A stretch of 64,000 bases of DNA, taken from NCBI GenBank assembly GCA_900617105.1, contig UYFQ01000652.1, positions 1 through 64,000 on the forward strand, in the 5' to 3' direction. Both the position numbers and the translations under genes were made by a program. This document shows positions 47,504 to 59,406 of the stretch, one piece after another. The DNA comes from Hydrurus foetidus (lineage: Eukaryota). Every line of letters starts with the position of its first letter. Within the stretch, counting starts at the first letter, position 1. The notes under the pieces are model-generated. The model made no database searches. It was not told where the DNA came from and saw nothing but the letters and a program-made list of their open reading frames with translations.

Positions 47504-49249
47504 CTATGGGGCAGTGAGGGAGGAAGAGGGAGAGGAGGAAGGGGTCTTCGCTAGGAATCTGTTGGGGTTCGGGTTCAGGAGGTCGAGCCCCGCCCAAGGG
47601 CCCTTACCAGACAGCAATCGCCATCCAGCAGTCACCACCTACAGTGGGGAGAGAAGAGAAGAGGTAGTGTGATGTGTGGGATGGGATGAGACAGCGAGAT
47701 TAGTGCCTCTGCCTCCGTAATGGTGCACAGATAAGGACGGTGAAAGAGGAAGAGGGAAGGAAGAATCCACTGTGCTCAGCCGAGCTGTGCACACAAACGG
47801 TTCAACGATTCACTTTATGATGTACTGTACCTGTGTCCCCATGAAAGCCGCCAGTGCGGTCCAGATTGACCAGAGAGAGGAGGGCAGCACTCTCGTGACA
47901 GCCACACACACTGCGGATGCAACGCACATTCCGAATGTGGAGTAGCTCCAGTCCAAGCCTCCCAATAGAATGCCACCGGTGGAGTACGAGAGCCCTTTGA
48001 AGATTTGGGTCGCTAGCACAACAGGCATCACAGCAGCGGCAGCGGCACGCACTTCGAGAGAAGTAGTCATGCTGCCCAGGACGCCGTCTGTGTTGCATAT
48101 GGTAGCTACAGCGAGACCAGCGCTGATGAGCACACCTGCTTGAAGAGCTCGCATGATGACGTGTGCAGTGGCGGCTTTCTTCCTCGCAGAGTCCAGAGGC
48201 ATGTCTCTCGCTATGAGCGCTTGAGCAGCTACAGACACTGACTCGCACAATTGGGATGTGGCGAATCCGAGATTGAAGGTGAGGGAGTAAGCGGCCATAG
48301 GTATCGTCCCCAGTCTCGCAGCAGCGGCAGACGTGACGGTATAGGCAGAGATCTTCGCAACAGTCCTCAGAAATATTAATCCACCAGCTTTTGAGTAAGC
48401 AGCAATTGCGCTCTTAAAGAATCCTTTTTCGCGACCGAATATATTGAATGGTATCTGTTTGTTGAGCATGTAGAGCAGCGGGAGAGCAGACACCCACTGA
48501 CTTATAGCAGTTGCCGCTCCAGCACCAGCGCAGCCCATACCGCAATTGAATATCAGAATAGGATCCAAGATAATATTAATTAAATTGCCAGCAGTTGTGC
48601 AGTACAGAGGCGTCTTTGTGTCGCCCCTCCCTCTAAATATTCCGTTCGAAACTAGTCCCACAGTGGCTGCGGGGACTCCCGCCGCCCTCCAAACCAAGTA
48701 AGACAGCGCCGGCTTCCTCATTTCTGATGTTTGAGGGACACCCATAATGCTCAATATTGCGCCCCCGAATAGTAGGAAACCCAAACCTTGCAGACTACCT
48801 ATCACTATGGCGGTTATGATCGCTGTTGCAACCGATGCAGAAAGTTCATCTCCAGCTTTTCCAGCCACCAGTGAAGTCGAAGTTTTCAGTAGGGGATCGT
48901 TGTACAGCTTGGCAACAGAGTATTGGGCGCTGATAGCTATCCCCATCCCAGCTTGATCTATTGCTCCACATCTACCAACATACATAGCATCAACTATGCT
49001 TGCTAAGGGATCGGCAGCAAGGGCCACAAATGCTGGTAAAGCTACAGTGATGAACTCCCTATCCAATCTGCGACGCATTGACTTAAAAGATTGCACAGAA
49101 TCTCCATCATTTTGATCATTTACTACCGATTGGGGAGTCGATGATGCTGCCCGCAATATGCAAGGCTGTCTGGTAGTCCCAATATATCTGAACCCAGCGA
49201 CAATTTTCACAGAACACAAAGCCAGAAAAAGAGAAAATAGATCTACCAT
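47504..49249 (-). CDS. MATE-family efflux transporter (DinF-like, plastid-type); exons 49249-47831 and 47638-47504, 517 aa
   Basis: ALPAFVALAADPLASIVDAMYVG, GIFRGRGDTKTPLY, NIILDPILIF, GAGAATAISQW, AARLG. A phase-0 GT-AG intron joins FMGTQ to VVTAGWRLLSGKGPW, the usual C-terminal motif. N-terminus is a hydrophobic signal, then VAG-F, then an S/T/R-rich transit-like segment. Confidence 0.93.
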
Positions 49250-49396
49250 CGCGCACCGCAAGCTGCTTCTGCTCAAGGCACCAGTGACAGGTGGTCCTGT
49301 TCACATTCGAGGAGGAGACAGCTCAATCTTCACAGCGAAAACTTCACAGTTTATAGACTACCATGTTGGAGTATCCGGAGAAAAGACACTGCTGTA

Positions 49397-49735
49397 CCGT
49401 CGAGTGCCATATGTTTTGTTTTCCGTTTTAACCAAAATGACCAAAAAAGTGACATTTTCGCAAAATTTTGATGGTTTATGAGGGGCGTCTGATTTGCTTC
49501 TGGTTTTCAAATTCTCGAGAGAATTTCGGACAGATCAATACATGATGATACCCCCCTACCTACGAAGTCAGGTTAAGGTGCAATTTGGGGTCAAAAAAGT
49601 GATTTTTACCATGTTCGGTACCGCCGGCGGTGAATATTTCAATAATGAAAGCTAAGCATAGAAATTCAAATAGACCAAATTCCTTAGAAAATTCTGCTGA
49701 ATCCGAATCTGTAATCAGATTGATATTAAACGCAG
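49397..49735. mobile_element. 339-bp non-autonomous DNA-element-like insertion in the 5' LTR
   Basis: Absent from the 3' LTR; flanked by TA on both sides; replaces 11 LTR bases; first 27 nt identical to 56018-56044. Confidence 0.75.
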
Positions 49736-50030
49736 TATGCATGGACCCCGACGGTCAGCGGTATGTGCCCCGCAGATCGTGGACCGTTGGATGTTTGGGC
49801 TCATAGAGCCATTCATTCATCTATCTTCAACTTGGATAGACCCATGTGCATTTGCGTTGATATGTAAAGCTTCGTTGCCGTCTTGATTGATGCCGGTGCA
49901 CAAGTTTAATTATCAAGTAATACACACTACAAGTCTACTTTTACGAGCCTTGGGTCACCGGTCGCACGAGTCACAAAGCATCCGGGCTTCGAGAAATCCC
50001 AACATAATTAAACTAGATCAGCGCATCGAG

Positions 50031-53000
50031 ATGCCGCCGAAGAAACAAGAAGAACCAAAGTCAGCTGCAGAGCAGTGCATGCTGCGAATCGGACGCTACA
50101 ACAACGTAGTGCAGTGGAGGGAAGACATGCAGAACGAGGCATGCGGCCTGTACGGTATGACAGGCACGTTCTTCACCACCAACAAGAGTTACGTCCATCC
50201 GTATCCTCGAGAGGAGGATTACAACCCCACCTTTCAAACGGTGGAAATCGATACAGCGACAGCGGGTACCGAAAATGAAGACGAGGACGACGACGAATCC
50301 GTGAACCTCGAGGATGTCATGATCGGGCCACAGCCCCCACCAGCGCCTCCTGTCGTGTACTCCGAGGCACTAATCGACAGACTGCGAGCCAATGCGTTTG
50401 AGGGACGCCGTAAGGCAGTTGAAACGCAAAAAGTCGATGAGCAAAAGCTCTTTCCGCTTATGTGGTCGAGAATGTCGACAGGGTCGAAATCTAAGGTGCG
50501 AGAGGAGCCAGGCTTCGAACAGGCGCGCCTGAGATTGGACAGTGTGAAACTGTGGGAGTACATCAGAAGGAGTCACCTCACACACATTTATGGCGAGGAT
50601 GACTCGATGAGAGCAATGAATGTGCACGAGCAGACAATCAGGTACAACTACCTCAGACAGGGTGAGCGAGAGGTAATCGGAAACTTCAAGACGCGTTTCG
50701 ATAACCAGGTATCGGCCAACAGAGGTGTGGGCATGGCAGATGTGGAAGAAGCGATTAGAGCAATCGACTTCCTTAGTAAATTGGACCCAAAAAGGTATAC
50801 CGGTATGTTGACACTTATGCGTAACAACGCTGTACAAAACCTGCCGAATAGCTTCCCTTCCACCTTAGCCGGAGCATACAGGGTGGCGTCATCCTGGACC
50901 AGCTCGGGCGGAGCAGTCCCCCTCGGCGCCGAGCAACATTCCGCGTTCCTGACAGATTCTTTGGTAGGCACAAAGGAAAAAGTCTCGGGGAAGGGAGCCA
51001 AGGGAAAGACTGCAGGAACGAAAAAGAAATCATCGTCAGTGATTTGTTTCGTATGCGGAAACACAGGACATTTCGCCAGAGATTGCGAACAACGCAAGGA
51101 TTCGGAGCATGCGATGCTCACCAATGTCGAGGAGGACATCGAAGAAGATGACGAGAGCATAGGAGCAGCATTCGTCACGACAGACGAGTTTGCCCTGTTC
51201 ACTCGTAGTCATGTGCTGCTAGACAACCAGGCGTCAGTGAACATATTTTGCAATCCGTCATTGCTGACCGACATTAGGAAATCGCAACATGCGATCCTCC
51301 TCAACGGAGTCCAGTCTGAGGCGAAGGGTGTCCGAGTCGACCACGAGGGAGACTTCGGAGACATCGGGCCTGTTTACTTCAGTCGGGGAGCTACAGCCAA
51401 CATACTGTCATTCGCGGCGATGGCAGACAGTGGTGCGGACATCAGCTACGATCACGGGATTGGATGCTTCAACTTACGGCCCGCCGGCAGCAGGACAACG
51501 TACAACTTCAGCAGGCAGAGTCTGCCAGGCTCATCAGGGAGATTTTACGTGTGGGATGCGAGAAGCGCAGCAGGGCAGGCGCACCAGATGCAGGAGCAAG
51601 CACTGGTAACGACAGTCGAAGACAACATGAGGCGCTTCACAAAACGCGAGATTGCACAAGCAGCAGCAGCCAAGGAGCTGCTAGCACGGATGGGTTACCC
51701 TCCAGTAGAGATGGCGATCGCGATGATCAGGGGGGGTAACAACTTCAGCGTCTCAGAAGCAGATTTCCGAAACGCTCATTCGATCTGGGGCAAATGTCTC
51801 GCCAGTCTCAGAGGCAAAACTCACAAGAAATCGTCGCCTGTAGCCGACATTTCTCTGACACCTGCACCAGCGCAGCAGCAGCAAGTCTTGAGTGTGGACA
51901 TTATGTATCTGGAGGCCACAGCGATACTTATCGCCGTTTCAACCCCTCTAGACATGACCCTCGCCGTGAGCCTCATGCGACTCGATACCGAGAAGACCTC
52001 TCGAGCTGCTGCAATTGTAAGGCCGGCACTAAATGAAATGATATCCATACTCAAATCCAGGAACTTCTTAGTGCAGGTCATCATGTCCGACGGCGAAGGT
52101 GCCATCGGCAAAATGAGGCTCGATTTGCTGGCACTGGGAATCGAGGTAGATGTCAGCGCAGCTGGCGGTCACGTCGCCAGGATTGAACGACGGATTCAGA
52201 TGGTGAAGGAGCGAGCACGCGCTCACATCAACGGTAGAATTCCATTCACTCCCACCGAACTCTGTCTAACCTATCTAGCTCTATACTGCGTCGCCCGCAT
52301 TAACTGTCAGCAGTCAGGATCAAGGCCCGGGGGTCTATCGCCAAGGGAATTATTTTCAGGACGGAGGGTTGACGGGAACCTGGACTTTCGTGCCGCATAT
52401 GGGGATTACGCTGTTTGTACCGTACCTAACACGAATAATTCTATGCAATTCAGAACTGAAGATTGCATTGTAATGCTCCCCACACACAGCAGAACTGGAT
52501 CGTTCAAGATGCTATCACTGGCTACAGGCAAGATCGTGACAAGAGACCAATTCAAGATACTGCCGATGCCACAGTCAGTCATAATGACGCTGAATGCCAT
52601 GGCAGTCAAAGAAGGGAAGAAAATAACGCAAACCCAACTTCATGTGCTTGATGAACTACTATTCGCAAACAGTCTAGACAAGTCTAAAATGCCATCCTTC
52701 ATTACCAACCCCACCACTCAGGATGCCATTGTCGACTCGGTATCGGTGGATTATCAACCCACACTCACCGCCCTACCATCAGCTGACAGCATTTTCGAGA
52801 TTCCTCCTTCCGATGTGGGGGGTACCAGTCGCAGCCGAAGCCACGCCACCATCAGGCGAAATCGGAATTGCGGCAGTCGGAATCGGAACTGCGGAACTCG
52901 AAACAATTGGGGTGCACGAACGAGACCTACTCACACCACCCATACCACCGCCTGAATCAGACGACATTCCAGCAGATATACCTGCACTTGACATCGAACC

Positions 53001-54849
53001 AGTCCCACAGCAACCAGCACAGACGGTGCAGTCGCCTGCAAGAGAACAACGCAAGGTACCGGTACCAACAGAACGTATGGTGACGAGGTCAACCCGTACG
53101 AACGAGGACGCGTTCGTGACGAACACAGGGGGTACAGTACCGAGATCCGCCAATACATCAACAACCACACACGAGGTAGATGAGGTGATGAAGCGACACA
53201 GAGAGGAGATGGGTAAGAGCAACACTGCCAACATAAGTGTCAAAGAGGCGTTTCGCACCAGAGGACACGAAGCGAAGAAAGTCATCGTGTCGGAGCTCAG
53301 GCAGATGATAGATAAGAGGGTATGGGCGCCGGTGATGGGAGGGAGACTAACGGCTATGCAGAGAGCATCGACCATTCGATCCTCAATGTTCCTCAAGCAG
53401 AAGAATAATCCGGACGGAAGCTTCCTCAAGCTCAAGGCACGGCTGGTAGCAGGTGGCGATCAGCAGGACAAGGGGCTATACGAGGACCTGTCCTCTCCGA
53501 CTGTGTCCACTAGTGCCGTATTCACATTGCTTGCAGTCGCGGCTCATGAGAAGCGTCGAGTCGCAGTAGTGGATATCAGTGGCGCATACCTCAACGCGGA
53601 CATGACCCTGGACGTGCCGGTTCACATGCGGCTTGATCGCACCATGTCAGATATCATCATTGACATTGACCCCACGTACGGTCAGTACACGGATGCGAGG
53701 GGAGGCATCACGGTCCACCTCAAGAAAGCGCTATACGGTTGCGTGGAGAGTGCCGGGCTGTGGTACGAGAATCTGCACTCCACTATGACGGGACTCGGGT
53801 ACGTACGGAATATCGGTGATAAATGCGTATTCAACCGGACAGGCACGGACGGACATCAGTGCACCGCAGCAGTGCACGTCGATGATTTACTCATCACTAG
53901 CAAGAGCAATGCCAATGTGACACACCTAGTCGAAGGACTACGCAAGAGGTACGGTGCAATCACATTATCATATGGCCCTGTCATAAACTACCTCGGTATG
54001 GCGATAGACATGTATGTATCAGGACAGGCGATGATCACCACGACGGGCTACTGCGATGAGATTGTGAAGATATCCGGGGTGAAAGGATCCGCGCGAACCC
54101 CTGCCACGGAGGGACTATTCGAGACGAGAGAGGGTGCCGCCACAGTGACGGAATCCGTGCGAGTATGGTTTCACAAGATAGTCGCGATGGTTCTCTACCT
54201 GGCCAAGCGCACCAAACCAGAGTGCCTAGTGGCAGTCGCCTTCCTAGCCACACGTGTCAATAAGTGTACGACAGACGACGTGGACAAACTACAGCGATTG
54301 GTGCGGTACATCCACACGACAAGGGACAGCGGCGTAGTGCTGAGGCCGGGTGCAGGGGGTATCGCGGTGCGGCTCTTCGTTGATGCATCCTACGGTGTGC
54401 ACAGCGATGGAAGGTCTCACACGGGAAGCTGCGTGGTGATCGGCGATGTCGGAGTAGTGCACTGCCGATCATCGAAACAATTGATAGTGACGAAGTCGAG
54501 TACGGAAGCGGAGCTGGTGGGGCTGTCTGACTCAGCTAACCAGGGGATATTCATACGTACTTTTCTCATTGCACAGGGTTACAAGATGGAGCCGGTGGTC
54601 ATCTACCAAGACAACCAGTCCTGTATGGCGTTGGTGGCGCGCGGCAGATCTGGAGCGGAGCGCACGCGCCACATACAGATCCGTTACTTCTGGGTCAAGG
54701 AGCGGGTGGATACGGGCGAGGTGCGAGTGGAGTACTTACGCAGCGAGGACATGTACGCGAACGTACTCACCAAGCCACTCCAGGGGTCCCAGTTCCAGAG
54801 AGAGAAAGGGGGCCTCACGGGATGGCCCACAGCGGACAGAGAGAATTAA
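50031..54849 (+). CDS. Copia gag-pol polyprotein (gag CCHC, protease, integrase, RT, RNase H) with one frameshift at the G6 run 52817-52822
   Basis: CFVCGNTGHFARDC; LLDNQAS; SVDIMY / SDGEG / IERRI; KARLVAGG, DISGAYL, KALYG, HVDDLL; FVDAS, TEAE, QDNQ, ANVLTKPL. Confidence 0.93.
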
Positions 54850-55341
54850 GGGTGCCAGCGAGGAGGGCAGCACACCAATCAAATGATATTTAGTTAGACT
54901 TACTGCTTGAAAAACAATTCACACCTATTTTTTTGCTGACATGAAAATCCAATGCGTGCCTGGGTGCTTCAACTACTGCGTGACTGTTGGGTGTGTTGGA
55001 GTATCCGGAGAAAAGACACTGCTGTAGTTGTATAGTATATGCATGGACCCCGACGGTCAGCGGTATGTGCCCCGGGGGTGCAGATCGTGGACCGTTGGAT
55101 GTTTGGGCTCATAGAGCCATTCATTCATCTATCTTCAACTTGGATAGACCCATGTGCAATTGCGTTGATATGTAAAGCTTCGTTGCCGTCTTGATTGATG
55201 CCGGTGCACAAGTTTAATTATCAAGTAATACACACTACAAGTCTACTTTTACGAGCCTTGGGTCACCGGTCGCACGAGTCACAAAGCATCCGGGCTTCGA
55301 GAAATCCCAACATACCAGAGGTGAAAATAACGGTTAAGACC

Positions 55342-55616
55342 CACTACACAAATTTTCATTTTGCAACGCTCACATTACAACTTTTACTTTAGAACTTAGC
55401 CCTCACAGCTCGATCCACTTCTCAACTCTCTCTCCTCACATGAAAATTTAAGATGTTCACAAGAAATTGTTCAGTATTGTGCCCAAATTATTTTTTATTA
55501 TTGTGCTGTTCATAACTGAAACATTTTTTTTCCGAGTTGAGTTGTGAAGTGAATTGAATTGACTTGTAAAGTGAAAGTTGTAATGTGGGCGTTGTAAAAT
55601 GAAAAGTTGTGTGGTG
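55342..55616. repeat. Inverted repeat with 50-bp arms (55342-55391 / 55567-55616), MITE-like
   Basis: Arms match at 45 of 50 positions by manual alignment; weaker pairing continues inward. Confidence 0.8.
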
Positions 55617-56431
55617 AGCGATGACCTTATGAGGGACCAATAAATTAGCAGACATCTCAATCAATTCGGGAATGAACCTTAGAATCTATTTGAAAACGTA
55701 ATTTTTGCCGACAGACGGTCATTCGTCCTCCTCGCTAATTTCAGTAAGGCTCACATTTAATGATCCTATACATATCGTACTCCATGATGGACACAGTTGC
55801 ATGCGCATGATGTGGCATTATAGATAGACGCACGACATTGATCCTGCTTCTGCTATCTGACTGCCCAGTGAACGTTGATAAATCATATTCAATTTGCAGT
55901 GAATTATCAGAATTTCTTCGCAGGCAGAAACAATTCGTAGCACTGTACCCGTCCGTAACTATATGATAATAAATGATACTTGCAGTAACCACGCACAACA
56001 CACATACTCATTCACTACCGTCGAGTGCCATATGTTTTGTTTTCTTTTGTACGGTGTGGGGCGTTGAGAATGGAAATGCCGCATATTTACGGAGATTAAG
56101 ATAACGTCCAATCACATCCAACTCAGAAGAGCAGATTATCATACAGAAATTACGAAACTCAGTTCTGACTTTTGCAACAGCCTCCATCTTAACCCCCATC
56201 GGTACGATCTTTCTTTCAGCTTTTATCTCGTTGATTTGCTCCAGATATTTGAGGATGACCGCATGCACGAGCATAATGTTTGATTAAGTATCTGCGGCTT
56301 TCTAAATGACCTTTCTGGACACTTGAGAACGAGCTGTTTCTGACAGAGTTCATTTACATCGTAGAGAAGCTGATATTGAGTTCGAACACCACTTCGAATA
56401 TCAGGATTTTTCTTGGATCGCATTTTTCTCG

Positions 56432-57013
56432 ATGCAACCTATTTTGGAAATCCGGAGCCGCTGCAAGGGTACTTTCGTGCTAAGAAAAAGCCTCAAGGTT
56501 CAAGAGGGGACACTGTGCGATCTAAGAAGGAATCCCTTGAATGAGCATGGTCGGTTACAACTAATCTTGTTACATTGCTTTGCTTCTACAGTGGAAATAG
56601 TTGATGTCTCAATTTTCAGCAGACACTGCATACTCTCACCATGCACTAATGCGAATAAACACGTTGTGCTTTGAACAGATACTAATTGCGTCCAGATTAT
56701 TGCGCCAATTGATATTCCTAGTTCACTGCCCTACAACTATCATCTTGGGGAGCGTATTGGAAACGTTAGCCGTGAGGTAGCATTAGCATTGGCGAGTGTG
56801 ATGGATGCGGATGATCTCGATCTCCCTGATTGTAACATTTACAACGTTGGATTCAAATTTTAGTGTATACTTCTCGAAGACACAACGCATAGAGCTGAGG
56901 GATGCGAGATCAGTATCCTTGTGCTGTCTGTCAATGATGCATCTTTCACAGAAAGCTTAATGCGTTTGTTACACTCGAAGGGACTTGAGCCAGTAAAAGT
57001 TTGCAAGGTGTGA
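56432..57013 (+). pseudogene. Stand-alone HIRAN-domain gene (exons 56432-56549, 56679-57013) with in-frame TAG at 56861-56863
   Basis: Splicing GT 56550 to AG 56678 (branch-like CTAAT ~56646) gives LCDLRRNPLNEHDTNCVQII...GERIGNVSREVALALASVMD, parallel to the HLTF/Rad5 HIRAN pattern L.R.P.N..D.NA..V...G..IG.....A..LA..MD. Confidence 0.75.
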
Positions 57014-57374
57014 TACATCCGTGATCTGCAGTACTTCTCTTTTCGTTATGGGCTCCAAATCATTGACGTATGATTTAACTGTTCTTTTAATTGGTAAAAG
57101 TATCAAGATTCAAAGACATGTCGTTAACGAAGCATGTTTAAACGGAACTTTTTTTTGCAGTGAGATGATTAAAATGCTGGAAAATTATTGGAAACAACTG
57201 CACTGCGCTACGATTGCCGATGATCTTTGGAATTGGTTGGAAAAAAAAGAAAAAAAAAGTCTGAGTAAAAAAGAATAACGACAGACGTACTGATAATTAT
57301 ATTTAGGTATAAGCTGAGGTGTTAGTCAGGTACTTCTTCTTAAATATTTGATATAACTTAGGGACTGAAGCTTT

Positions 57375-59406
57375 CTACATAAACTCGTTATCACTTTCAT
57401 CGCTATCACAATCATCGTCAATGAAGTCATTGTTATCGATATAGTAACTAATTACTGCTCTCTCTAGTAAATTTAGATCACCCGGTGTCATTTCGTCACT
57501 ATTATTGTTCGGAGCACTATCATTTAATTCTAGCGTTCCTTCTGGAATAATCATCATGGTGCCGCACATTGACTCCTTTTTTATATATCATGAATTCTAC
57601 TGGTTTATCATCATCATCTAAACTGCTAACGGGTAGTGTTCCCGTTTTGATGAATGTGCGATTGATACAGTCTCTAAATTTGCTTTCTGTAAATTGCTCC
57701 TTAAACAATTGTATTAAGTCTAATATGCCTTCTAACATTGTTGGTTTTGGTGTCGTAAACTTAGGATTTTTTCTCATCGCTATAGGTAACACAGAATCGC
57801 TATCTCTTTCTCTCTTAAAATCTTGAAAACCTTGATATAATCTATTAGCTCTTATTGTGCGAATGTGAGCTTTTAAGGGGCCATTGACTACAAGATCTAA
57901 AACTTGTAATTCCCCTGTCATATTCCCCTTGTAATTTTAAGAAACATACATCAACATCAACCTCTCTGATTACATCTGTAACACTAGATGTTTTATGGCT
58001 CCCACAATTATCACACCATATAAGCATTTTTCCTAACTTTTCTTTCAGAGGCTTTATGATAACCTCAAACCATAGTATCATTCTAACTGTATCGTTCCAA
58101 GCTTTAACTTGACTTGTTATAACATGACCGGAAATACTATGTATTATGTAGATGATCTTATGCAGAGCAGTTACACTATTCAGCGTTACTTCTTTCTGCC
58201 ATATTTTCAAAAACCACCCATCACTCTCTCTAAAACCGACTTTCTTATGTAAGTCACGTATGACTGTCATACCTGTTTGGTCGGGACGCTTCTCGGAACT
58301 CACTGAATGCTTGATTATAAGCATTAGGGGAGCAAACTCTCCAACCGCATTCACAGCTATTACGGCAGTTATTCTCAGCTTCGTGTTTGAAATGCCTATA
58401 TTCGTTGCTCTTGGCTGATTTTTAGGACAGTAGCTGTGTGTTGGTCCGATTGCCCAGGTGAAAGCTGTTTCATCAAAGTTGAAACATGTTTGTGGAGTAT
58501 GTCCTCCCTCTACGTAGCGATTTTGACCGATCTTCAATACTTCGTGTATTTCCTCATCAGTAGGCACTGCCTTATCTTCTCGTGTAATTTTACGTCGACT
58601 CACACCCCCACGACTAAGGAATGATTTAATAAATTTGTTTGAAAACGTTAACTGTTGCACACTAGCCTCACTTTTCCAGCAATCCCTACCCCTTACCGAA
58701 TTAGCCGCTTCCTCTACTATTGCATACGAATATGCGACATTGACAAGGATCCTTACTGTGTCCTAGATTAAGAGAAAAAAATGTGAGTGAAAATAAAAAT
58801 AAAAATGAAGTTGAAAATGAAAATGAAAATGAAAATGAAAATGAAAATGAAAATGAAAATGAAAATGAAAATGAAAATGAAAATGAAAATGAAAATGAAA
58901 ATGAAAATGAAAATGAAAATGAAAATGAAAATGAAAATGAAAATGAAAATGAAAATGAAAATGAAAATGAAAATGAAAAAATATATATGTACAACTAAAA
59001 AAATATATAAAATAAATATTGGAGTAGCGAATCGTTATCATCCATAAATTGTGATAACACTTTTAATCTCAAAACTTACCACATCGTTTTCGTTTTTCTC
59101 AAACATGCACAGCATTAGATTACCGCATACATCTGCCTCAAATTCATTATTCACTTTTCTTCCTGGTTTTTTATGTACATTTTTTACAGAGGACCATCGA
59201 ATTATTGTTCTCGCAGATATCGTGGAGCAGTATTTGTTATTATCCAACAGCTCTTCGGTTATATCAGCAGCAACAGCAATTATGTTTGTGTAGTCTCTCT
59301 CCTCTACAACCTTTTTAACGACTTCATAAATTAGCATCACATTCTTTTGATCGTCAGCATCGAATATCACATTTTTAACAGGCAGATCCGATAGTGCATT
59401 TTTCAC
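57375..59406 (-). mobile_element. pogo-family (Tc1/mariner superfamily, DD35D) transposase pseudogene with one intron (59079-58763) and two frameshifts
   Basis: CENP-B-type HTH (FSNKFIKSFLSR...RRKIT); FNFDET, RITAV, KAWND, WCDNCGSH, NMTGELQVLDLVVNGPLK; spacing of 35 if the lesion at ~57925-57940 is repaired; second shift in an A run at ~57580. Confidence 0.9.
58813..58974. repeat. (GAAAAT)27 microsatellite inside the pogo transposase intron
   Basis: Directly visible perfect hexamer array. Confidence 0.97.

Larger units (their letters stand above)
49364..55312 (+). mobile_element. Full-length young Ty1/copia LTR retrotransposon with TACCA target-site duplication
   Basis: TACCA at 49359-49363 and 55313-55317; LTRs 49364-50004 (interrupted) and 54994-55312 (319 bp), both TGTTGG...CCAACA and nearly identical (one substitution, one 6-bp indel, one insertion seen). 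Confidence 0.97.

Noticed and set aside
49887..50030. N-terminal extension of gag from the ORF track (and ORF 55195-55392)
   Set aside because: Lies in the LTR; ATG 50031 (MPPKK) is the plausible start.
52723..52955. Programmed ribosomal frameshift
   Set aside because: It falls between integrase and RT rather than at gag/pol, and sits on a G homopolymer; an indel is simpler.
56861..56863. TAG reassignment (alternative genetic code)
   Set aside because: The HECT and MATE genes both terminate at TAG.
58701..59047. ORFs FSFS/FHFH/ENEN/MKMK
   Set aside because: Translations of the intronic (GAAAAT)n microsatellite.
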